A stretch of DNA of 55,723 nucleotides, filler included, from Sphacelaria rigidula (lineage: Eukaryota): NCBI GenBank assembly GCA_964200075.2. It is 4 parts of 4 records of this genome, joined end to end, with 100 filler letters (N's around TTAATTAATTAA, not from the genome) between each part and the next. Parts side by side here need not be neighbours in the genome. Positions count along the whole stretch, not along the records: positions 1 to 13,858 come from CAXNAA020002628.1; positions 13,959 to 27,815 come from CAXNAA020002629.1; 2 more parts are not named here. One strand, written 5' to 3'. Numbering within the stretch: position 1 is the first letter of the stretch; each line of letters starts with the position of its first letter. Below are positions 12,326-21,781 of this stretch, in pieces. The position numbers and the translations under genes were made by a program. Below the pieces are notes generated by a model. It saw only the letters and a program-made list of their open reading frames with translations, was not told the origin of the DNA and did not search any database.

Positions 12326-12550
12326 ACCAGCCGATCGAGAATTGGATGTGGTATGGCCTGCGTCGCTGCAGCAGCTAGCGTTTCGGGACCTCTCCAACCA
12401 GCTGATGAAGGGTTTGGCATGGTTAACGTCGCTGTTCTGACATCCGAAGAGAAACTGAACCAGCCCATGGCGGATATGGCATGGCCTGTATTGCTTCAGC
12501 AGCTAACGTTGAATCCAGCCGATCGAGGGTGTCCTGGCCTGCGTCGCTGT
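12323..12550 (+). pseudogene. Three to four decayed, frameshifted FNIP repeat units downstream of the stop codon
   Basis: aaccagccgatcgag, tggcctgcgtcgctgcagcagct, aaccagcccatgg...atggcctgtattgcttcagcagctaacgtt and cagccgatcgagggtgtcctggcctgcgtcgct match the unit but carry indels. Confidence 0.85.
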
Positions 12551-12591
12551 GTCTGTTCAAATAAAGGATGTAGCAAATTAGCGGTACAGCT

Positions 12592-12620
12592 TAACCCTAG
12601 CCCTAACCCTAACCCTAACC
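12592..12620 (+). repeat. Short interstitial telomere-like (CCCTAA)n tract
   Basis: taaccctagccctaaccctaaccctaacc; similar tracts at ~22995-23025, ~39330-39346 and ~53461-53492. Confidence 0.8.
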
Positions 12621-13342
12621 GTCGTTCCGTTTCAGCTGAGCAATTACCTTATTCCGATTTCACAAAGTGAATTTGGTTCCTGCTACGGGTAAAAATTCGA
12701 CTGACCGTTTTTTTGCGACAGAATTCTTGCGACATGATTTCTGCGGCTCGATTCTTGCGACATTTGTTTTGCTATATTTTTCCACTCTAAAACCCCTTTT
12801 GATTTCGTTTTTTCGGGTTAACTTTGTCAAACAGACACCAAACGCATCCGGCTCCAAGGGGCACCTGGACACACAGCAGTTGCTGCCTGCTACCTAGTAC
12901 CACCCTCCAAATCAAAGTCTTGAGTGAGAACCCCCAGGGGTTGTTACCCATGTACACGGAAGGATGATCTACATCTAGTATCATGCCCCAAAACGTACCC
13001 GATAAGGGGGCAACATTCCCGCACAGACAGTAGCGATGCTAGCGGATCCGACGTCCTGACAGTCTGGCAGCCGGCAAGGCGGTTATGGTGGTGTCCTAGC
13101 AATATCAACTTACAATGCACTGGAGCAGAGTCTGCACACGTGGACAGATAGCACCGTGTAGGACGTGCTGCACAAGGCTCTTCACAGTCTTCTGTGAGAA
13201 ACCCTGCATTGCATTTGCAAACCCTAGTACCTCCACCAGCATTTTGCATAGGGTTTTTGTCGAAACCCTGCAAGCAACGCTGTGGAGGGGCCTTCTGCTT
13301 TGAAAAATCCAAATTGTTTTGACATATTTTTTTTCTTTTTTT

Positions 13343-13435
13343 AATAGCTTCTTTTGCTGTCCGAGATAAATTCTGTTTTGGCCCGATTCAAATCGGGCAA
13401 AAAGGAATTTACCTCGGACAGCAGGGGAAGCTATT
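13343..13435. repeat. 93-bp imperfect palindrome
   Basis: aatagcttcttttgctgtccgagataaattctgttttggcccgatt / aatcgggcaaaaaggaatttacctcggacagcaggggaagctatt. Confidence 0.85.
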
Positions 13436-13858
13436 CAAAACAGATCCTTTTTTCACCCAATTTACTTGGGCATTTTTTTTAATTTCAAACAGCAGAAGAA
13501 GCTATTCAAATAGTTTTTTTTTCGCCCTAAATCAATTTGGCAAAGAAAGGATATTTTTCGAACAGCTTTTTCTGAATGCACAAATCCCATGCACACTGGC
13601 AGATCTGGAATTTGAACAGCAGAAAACAGAGGATTCTATAAAATGAGGTTCATCAATGAAATGAGGTTCGAGCTCAAAACAGTACTTTCTCCACGCTTTC
13701 AGCGATGGTGGCCAATGACTTTCTTGTCGGCCTAATGCCCCTCGATCGCGTAGATACTTCTTCAGCGCATTTTATCGACTCTGTGAGCTTTCAGCGCTGT
13801 CCGAAACCGCCGTTTCTACTTATTTTATAGGGGGGGGGAAATCAGGGATAACAGCAAT

Positions 13859-13958
13859 NNNNNNNNNNNNNNNNNNNNNNNNNNNNNNNNNNNNNNNNNN
13901 NNTTAATTAATTAANNNNNNNNNNNNNNNNNNNNNNNNNNNNNNNNNNNNNNNNNNNN
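13859..13958. other. Assembly gap with TTAATTAATTAA linker (also at 27816-27915 and 41770-41869)
   Basis: The identical layout of 44 N, TTAATTAATTAA, 44 N occurs three times; a scaffolding artefact. Plain 10-N gaps at 2680-2689 and 45162-45171. Confidence 0.97.
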
Positions 13959-14196
13959 CGAGTGCCACCCCCTCAAGTCCGAATGGCCACCTGCGGCACC
14001 GGATCTTCTGAGGTTAGCCATATGTACTCCCTTTCTTCTTCATTATTTATTCACGTTTTGCTTGTATCGCGTTTTGTGAGTTTTGAATCTGGGTCTATTT
14101 TGTTTTTTTTGCTGGCCTGTGACCACGGAAGGCGTCCGCATCAGATGCCCAGTACGAATGTACCGCGCGGATATCGGAACGATTTTTAATGTGAAG

Positions 14197-14230
<34 letters not shown>

Positions 14231-14231
14231 C
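13959..14231 (+). mobile_element. 3' end of a non-LTR retroposon with a (CAA)n tail
   Basis: Pyrimidine-rich tract, then gtgaccacgg...ttaatgtgaaga followed by about 11 CAA units that abut copia pol sequence directly. Confidence 0.6.
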
Positions 14232-17200
14232 GGTCATGTTCATGAGCAGCTATTGAGGCATACTGCTAGATATTTAGGTACTATACTTGAAGGAGACATG
14301 CATCCGTGCACCGGGTGCTCAATGGCAAAAGGGTAGAGAAAAGGTATTCCTCATCAGACTAAAAATAGAGCTCAAACCAACCTCGGTAGAGATTTCGTAG
14401 ACCTAGGAGGCAGAAAAGAAACTGCATCTGTAGGGGGGAAACACTACCCAATGGTTATCAAGGACGATTCCACCTGAAAATCTTGGCTGTATTTCTTGAC
14501 ACGAAAGGCTGATTCTGACCAGGTTTTCAATCGTTTCCTCGTAGATGTGCGGGCGGACGGATTTCCTTCGGTAGTACAGATAGTGAGATCTGACAACGGG
14601 GGAGAGTTTTTCGGGGATGGTTTCATAACGGTATGTGATAGGCTTTTGATTAAGCAGGAATTTACCTCCGCCAATAGTTCCCAGTTCAACGGGGTTGCAG
14701 AGCACGGTTTAGGAATCATTGAAGCAACGGCAATGGCTGCGAGGATTCAGGCGAAGGTTTTGTTTGGCCATGTTCAGCTACCAAAGACCGAACAGCTGTG
14801 GGCCGAGGCAATGCATTGGGCGTGTGAACAGCTCATCTGCACTGCTTCGATCTCCAACCCGGACAACAAATCACCCAACGAAATGTGGTTCGGGGCGGCT
14901 GTGTCGGCAAGTCCACATCCCTTCCTCAAGCCGGCATACTGCCGATAGAAGCGAGCACCTAAGCTGCTGCCTAAGGCGGAGAGTTGTTTCTATCTCGGGC
15001 CTTCGCGCGCGCATCCGCGTGACTCTTACCGTGTGCTGACGCGGGAAGGGCGAATTATCGAGACCCGAGGCATCACATGGGAAGCATCGCCGCCGTCTCT
15101 TCCGCCCCCGCAATCACTGAAAATAGCGGAAACGGGAGGGGTGGATGAGCCCTGCGACGATGAGTTGGCGGAAGTGTGGCCGCTGACCGGAAGACGAACT
15201 CCACACGTGCGACTACTGTCCCAGGGAGTGGAGGCAGGTCAACAGCCAACATAGGCGACGAGCAGGCGGCTAGTTCTCGATTTTTCACTGCCACTGGACG
15301 CTCCATCACCATTAGCATCATCATCCAGCGGTAAGTCGTCATCGCCCTCGTCATCTTCCGACAATCGATCAGCGTCTACGCCGCCATCATCTCCCATCAG
15401 TACATCATCAGCACCTGCATCGTCCTCCAGCAATAGCACCGATGTTATGCCTGATCGAGATGATATGCGAGCGCAGACACGCAGCGCGCTGAGGCAGCTC
15501 GAGGCATACAACGTGGGTCCGCATGACGATCAAGAACGCAGGGAGGGCATGACCCGAGCACAAACTCGAGCGCTGAATCAGCAACAAGCGATCGGTTTGC
15601 TAACTTCGCTAGGGCCCATCAATGGGGACCAAACTTTGAGCGCGCTGATTGCTGAGCAGGGAACGTTGAAGAAGCCGAGCGAGATACCTGCTGAACATGC
15701 CAAGGAACCAGAGCCCACAACGATTGCCGAAGCCCGCGCCTCTGCACATGCTCACTTTCGGGAGGGGGCTATGGATTTAGAGTTCGAAGGGTTGCTTACA
15801 GCAGGGACTTTTACTTAAGTAGGATCGGTTCCGGAAGGGGGTAACATAGTGAACGCCAAATGGGTTTTCAAGTGGAACACCGATGCCAGCAGCGAAATCT
15901 TGAAGGCAAAAGGCTAGGCTTGTAACAAAAGGGTTTAGCCAACGGTACCAGATTGATTTCCTGGAGGTGTCTCCACCTGCTGCGAATACTTCGACAATTC
16001 GTCTTCTCGTAGCATTGGCAAACACGTACGGATGGGATCTTGATCATTTCGACATAGAGCAGGCGTTCATTCAGTTGGATTTGGACTGTGAAATATGTAT
16101 GAGGCTGCCCTCACGTTGTGGATCAATGACAGGAGAAATTGTTCGCCTTAACAGGTCCATTTACGGTCTCAAACAGAGTGCTGGGCAATTCTACAAACTT
16201 TTGGTGTCGAGACTTGTGAAAATTGGTTTCGTACAGTGTCTGTAAGATCCATGCATATTGCGATTAGTAGTGGATGGTGACTTGGTAGGAGCAGTCGTTT
16301 TGCGTGTGGATCATATCATTTTCGGAGGGGCAAGTAGTGTGGGCAAGATAGTGGTTGAAGCACTTAATGACACGCTGCCAACAAAGCACCTCGGTGATCT
16401 CACATGGTACATGGGAGTAGAGTACGAGCGTGAAAAGGAGAACAGGGTTATCGAGTGGTCGCAGACAAGTTACATCAGAAGCATACTTGAACGTTTTGAT
16501 ATTTTCCGCTCTAGCTCTCTTCCCGCTTCTACGTCTATGAATTTCAGGTCCGTGAATGATGACAAAGGTGTCAAAGATGTACCGTTCCGCGAAATGGTGG
16601 GGTGTTTGATGTGGATTACCAATCAAACCAGGCATGACATCTCGAACGCGGTGAGGGCCGTGGCAAGACATTCGCAAGACCCAAGGGAGACCCATTGGAA
16701 GGCGGTACAAAAGATTAGTACCTCCACTCAACCACGGATCTAGGGCTGACGTATCGTGCAGGGCCTGATATAGTAGACATAAGAACTACGGTGTATGTGG
16801 ATGCGGACTACGGGAAGGATGACGTAACGAGGCGATCGGTGTCGGGTGGTGCAGTTTTGTGTGGTAGATCACCAGTAGCATGGTACTCTAGGACGCAGAA
16901 AAGTGTCACACGTTCGACCACGGAAGCAGAGTATGTAGCTACTGTATGGGGGATCGTATGAAAGAAGCTCTGTTTGAAGACGGAATTGTGGATTTTCTCT
17001 CACCCGATAAGAAAGCAGAGGCCATTAGAGTATTGGAAGACAACGAGGGTGCGATTGCTTCAGCTGAAAATCCATTAAGCTCGTCAAACAGTATGCACAT
17101 CGATATTCATCATTTTTTTAGGGAGTTGGTGGACAAATCGAGGATAACGTTGGAACATGTACGCAGTGACGAGCAACACGCTGATATTTTGACCAAAGCG

Positions 17201-17254
17201 TTACCTCGTCGAGGTTTTACTCGACACCCAAAAACTTTATTGGGTATTGAATGA
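14232..17254 (+). mobile_element. Degenerate Ty1/copia LTR retrotransposon pol (integrase, RT, RNase H)
   Basis: Zn-finger GH...CTGCSMAK; integrase VRSDNGGEF, QFNGVAE and LWAEA; RT AKWVFKW, HFDIEQAF, LNRSIYGLKQS and degraded LRVDHI; RNase H VYVDADY, STTEAEYVA, EDNEGAI and ADILTKAL. INT-RT-RH order is diagnostic of copia. Multiple in-frame stops (e.g. 14946, 15816, 16243) and frameshifts. Confidence 0.95.
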
Positions 17255-17324
17255 AGCAAGATATATTTGCCAAGAGTTCTGAGAGTTGATCAGAGAAGAC
17301 TACTTGTTGATGTGGCAAATGCCC

Positions 17325-17620
17325 AAGGGCGGGTATTCGTTTATTGGCCAGTTCTGCATCTGCACATATCTTCCGGGGTATTGTAGGATGTGTTTCGGAT
17401 TATTGAAGTATTGCAGTCAGATACGTTTCTTATGAAGTTTCGGTAGGAAGGAACGTCACCCCGAGCGAAAGGTAGGATACCCCGCGGGACATTGAAATGG
17501 CCCGCGGGAGATTGGCTTGATGTGTGGTTCTCGGGGCTGCGGATGAGACTTGTTGATCCCTTCGAGGAATACTCCTTTTGTTGCCCATCGTCAACTTCTA
17601 TTTCACTCATTGTGAACAAG
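17325..17620 (+). mobile_element. Probable polypurine tract and 3' LTR of the copia element
   Basis: aagggcggg about 70 bp after the pol stop. The 5' LTR is not available for comparison because of the gap, so the end point is a guess. Confidence 0.35.
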
Positions 17621-17797
17621 CTGCCCAGGGCAGGTATCAATCTCTGAACAGTGGGCATACACCTGTTCGCAAACGCGCCGCGTGTATTGTAACGGTCAAA
17701 ACATGGAACACAAATACCTTGCTGCCGTATCATACATCCAGCAGCGCAGACCTTACCGATTACCCTGTTCACAGGAACGTTGTAGGAACAGTTGTAA

Positions 17798-18273
17798 GGC
17801 CGGATGTTATAGCAAACAGATTTTGGGCCCACGGACTGTTCATTTTTGGGACGTTTGACCCACTTTTTGACCCCCAAACAGGGAAAATCACCAACACACG
17901 TCTCGGACACTTTGCATCATCGCACAGAGAGGAGCCTAGTCTACTTTTCAGATTCGTTTGGCTCCGAGGTTTCGAGATTGGCCCCTGAACAATAATTCGT
18001 GTGCAAGAATCTGTGCTCGCCGATCCCCGCCAGTTTGCCCAATAATCTGTGGATCGCCGTAGATTTTATTGCACACGGATTATTGTTCAGCGGCCAATCT
18101 TGGAACCTCGGAGCCAAGCGAATCTGAAAAGTTGGCTAGTCTCTCTGTGGGGTGATGCAAAGTGTCCGAGACGTGTGTTGGTGATTTTCCCTGTTTGGTG
18201 TCAAAAAGTGGGTCAAACGTCCCAAAAGAGAACAATCCGTGGGCCAAAAATCTGTCTCCCATAACATCTGGCC
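17798..18273. mobile_element. PIF/Harbinger-like foldback MITE, 476 bp, TAA TSD
   Basis: Arms of ~225 bp (ggccggatgttat...gatcc / ggatc...ataacatctggcc) cover almost the whole element; TAA at 17795-17797 and 18274-18276. Confidence 0.9.
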
Positions 18274-18973
18274 TAAGCGAGAATGAAATTCAACATACAA
18301 GCTCAAAATGAGGGATTGTCCGTTGCATTGAGGGACTGTCCGAATCCATGTTTCCGCAAGATTCAAGATTGCAGCCGCGCGGCGGGTTCACACGGATCAG
18401 GCGACAGAAAGTCTACCGGCAAAACATACTGCGTTTTCATCAAACCCTCACGCTAGCTCTGACCCAACCCCAACATGAGGTCCGCCAAGAAACCTCGGGC
18501 GAGGGGCGTGCAGAAGAGGCCCTAGGCAAGATATTGGCTGACAAAGCCCACATCGGCGCCGCAGCCAAAACTGCTTACGGTCGGCGAGCCCTCGCGAGCC
18601 CTGTAACAATGTGGATGTACCGGGCTACACTAAACACGGACGCGGTTCACACCATGCCGGGTTCGCGTGAACTCTATTGCATATATACCCATAGCAACGA
18701 GGCAGCTTTGCGGTCAAACAGTGAGTCCCCAGCAGTCAGCAAGTTGTATGGTATACTGTCTGCGGTTCGGAGGGTCAAGGGGAGAGTCGTCGAGTTCAAC
18801 GGCTGACGGTTAAGATACGTATCTGAAAACCGTTACTGTACACACCAAGATCTGGTCAGAAAAGGGGAGCTACACACACGTACAATGGGTGCGTACAGAC
18901 ATGAAGTGGAGACGGGTTGTGCGCATGTGGCCACCAAGAGATGAGGCTTCCCGCTACTGGACTGATAAACCAC

Positions 18974-19242
18974 CTCGGAATGGAGCCTTTTATCCTCATA
19001 ATGGTGCCAGTGCAATCAAGAGTCACCACACCAACTCCGCGGCTGCGGCTGACGGCTTCCAACATGCTGCTACCACCGCAGTCTCCGGACTCCAAAGTTG
19101 CTGTTGTTGAAAGGCGTGGGCGCGGCGCCTGTGACAGCAACGAAGCCGGACGACCAGTTGTTCCACTGACGACAGTAGGATCTCTTAAAACGCGAAGACA
19201 CGATATTTGAGCAGCTGAGCCAAAGGCGACGCGGGTGGCCAT
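18974..19242 (-). CDS. First exon of a HAD-superfamily hydrolase (HDHD3-like); remainder not traced, possibly a pseudogene
   Basis: ATG at 19242, an R/S/A-rich N-terminus resembling a mitochondrial presequence, then VVTLDCTGTIMRIKGSI (HAD motif I variant DxxGT). Candidate donor AG|gtggtt after 18974. Confidence 0.55.
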
Positions 19243-19836
19243 GGCGCGTTGCTGCACAGCACGACACGATATCTTCGGCTGCTGGCGATGGTGTGGTCTC
19301 TTTTCGGAACATTTTCATTCACACATTCGACCAAACAATGTTCTGTTCCCGTTGGTTCCATAGGTGTCTTGGGTCTCATGTTCTCTACAATGAAAAATAT
19401 ACGCGTACTATTTGTACTTTGTTCGGGCGCTTTTTTGCCCACTCACCTTGCATGTTTGCATCTTCTCTCTGGAACCTTACCCCACGCCGTGGCTGCCAGT
19501 AATCATGCTCGAGTGAAGCTCGATGTAGATACGATACCGAGATGTCCTTTTTTCACTTGCACGGTTACGATTTCAGGCTTGTCTTTCGGTAGTGATTAAC
19601 ATGCATAGAGCTATGGGGCTTGCGTGGGGATGAAAACAGCTCCTGTCGCGGCTAATTCCTTTGAGTTAGCAAGTGAACAAGAATCAATTTTGCTTGACGG
19701 TAATCATAATATTATGTTTGTTGCTAAACGTAGAGGTGAATCAATACATACCGAGCGAACAATGTTTCGTGAGATTGAGCGTGTAAGATACGATTGAGAG
19801 GGAGAAGCGCTCAATTAATTTGAAATACAACAGTTT

Positions 19837-20714
19837 CACACGTCGGACGAGTCATGACTCGTCGAAACGAGAGCACTCGGGGATGTTTTTGAAAACACAA
19901 CAAGCATGGCTCGTGTGCTCGAGTCATTACTCTTTTTTACACAACGAGCAGTGACTCGTGTGCTCGCCCTATATTTTGTTTTTTCCCCACAACGAGCAAT
20001 GACTCGAGTACTCGCCCTGTTAGTTTTTTTCCACAACGAGCCATGACTCGAGGGCTCGCCCCCTGATAGTTTTTTCCACAACGAGCTGTGACTCGAGTGC
20101 TCGTCCAGTTAACCTTTTTGGGACCGACCCCCCACTAACACGGGGCTGAACCTGTGTTAGTGGAACGATAAAACATGAGTCAGGGAGCGACCTGCCCAAT
20201 CACGGCGAGGCGAAATCCTGTTGAAATATCTCGACGGCGACGCATACTGCTTGTTACATCATATTATGTACATTACCTAATAATGCACACCCAGCACCTG
20301 AAAGTAGATTGAATGTAAAATTCGGTCTTCCTCATAACCCTACGGTTACATACGCGGATTTTCAGCAACATGCCACTGTCCCGTGCAGACGCCAGACACG
20401 CCACTCCTGACCAACCTCTTTGGTCCTTCTGGAGGCCCGGTCGCAAAGACGTTAATTTCTTCCACAACGAGCAATGACTCGAGTGCTCGCCCTATTAATT
20501 ATTTTCCACAACGAGCCATGACCCGAGTGCTCGCCCTAATATATATATATATATATATATATTCCACAACGAGCCATGACTCGAGTGCTCACCCTATTAG
20601 TTTGTTCCCACAACGAGCAATGACTCGACTGCTCGCCCTATTTGTTTTTACGGTCAACGAGCAGCCAAACGACTGCGAGTGCCACGAGTCACACTCGTGC
20701 TCGTCCGACGTGTG
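19837..20714. mobile_element. Non-autonomous TIR transposon with 8-bp TSD (hAT/P/Merlin-type) carrying an internal array of nine 31-bp repeats
   Basis: Perfect 15-bp TIRs cacacgtcggacgag / ctcgtccgacgtgtg; aacagttt at 19829-19836 and 20715-20722. Repeat consensus CACAACGAGCAATGACTCGAGTGCTCGCCCT. Confidence 0.92.
20113..20451. mobile_element. piggyBac-like MITE nested at TTAA
   Basis: TTAA at 20109-20112 and 20452-20455; imperfect TIRs cctttttgggaccg / cggtcgcaaagacg. Removing it restores the period of the host array. Confidence 0.75.
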
Positions 20715-21223
20715 AACAGTTTCATTTCCGAAATACCCCTTCGGGCCTTCCACGAGGCCCGATATACGCTTTCTGTAGTAGCTTGCCAGTGAAGCCTTTG
20801 ATATCCCTGAGAAGGATATCGACGTGTATATATAGCTGTAAGCACACGACACGGTAATGTGACGGGCGAAGAAAGGTACACGTAAGACGAAAAAATGGTC
20901 AAGTTAGAGCGATTAATAGAACTCACTCTCAATCAACGTTACTGTAGACTCTCAATCTCACGAAAACATCATTACCGATGGTTTGGAAAAATGTGGGACA
21001 TGCGCGTCGAATCTCTATGGCCTTGATAATATCATGTATCGCACTTGACAGTGGCGCAACTTGACAACTTTTACTGAAAATAATTATATAGTCGAGAAAA
21101 CGAGTGCCTTGCTCAAGAACACAATTACCATTCCTTCCAAGACTCGTGGTCGCACGCCGAAAAAGTGCAACTAGTATCCAGCATCATCATTTCCTTGCGC
21201 TCAAAAGGATGATCGATTAGTAC

Positions 21224-21361
21224 CACACCCTGGACAAAAGAATACACAGTCAAAAAGTGTACTGCGTACAGTATCGACTATTGCGTCTACTGCAACAGAC
21301 AAAATATTTCATACTGTACGCAGCACATTTTTTCACAATAAAACCTCTTGTCCAGGGTGTG
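21224..21361. mobile_element. 138-bp MITE with 8-bp TSD
   Basis: TIRs cacaccctggacaa / ttgtccagggtgtg; attagtac at 21216-21223 and 21362-21369. Confidence 0.92.
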
Positions 21362-21781
21362 ATTAGTACGTCACTTTCATTTTGACCAGGTTGCTGTAGT
21401 ACAAGTGCACATGGTGACATTTATAACGACGCAATGCCGCGCCGAGCAAGATTCTTGACACGCCTGCGCCCAGACTAAATGATACACTATTTCATCAAAT
21501 TTCGATACTAGACCCAAAAAAAACAAAAAACGAAAAACAAACGGGGGGAAGCTTGAACGCTCGTTCCGACCCGCGAAACACACGTGTGGGGTGAGACCCA
21601 GCAATGAAATTATGACTACGTGCCCGAAATACGGTAGACTAGAACAAGCTCCTCGTCATCTACTGACTTCATACGTCAAGCCACGCCAGTACTGCTACAA
21701 GGCAACCCCCCAAAACGCCTCCGCAACCCCACGAACATGGTGTAACCACTGCGCGCACTGCGACCACTATACAATCAAAAC

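Noticed and set aside
13903..13914. Recurrent TTAATTAATTAA motif (also at 27860 and 41814)
   Set aside because: It is centred in identical 100-bp N gaps, so it is an artificial six-frame-stop linker.
14496..17254. Copia ORFs as functional genes
   Set aside because: Multiple stops and frameshifts, and loss of a catalytic Asp in the RT motif (VDHI).
18348..18806. Plus-strand 152-aa ORF as an inverted continuation of the HAD-like gene
   Set aside because: Only a vague resemblance (IGAAAKTAY...SP) and no inversion breakpoints visible.
19896..20639. CRISPR array
   Set aside because: Spacers are short, AT-rich and similar to each other; the array lies within TIRs and a TSD; there are no cas genes and the context is eukaryotic.
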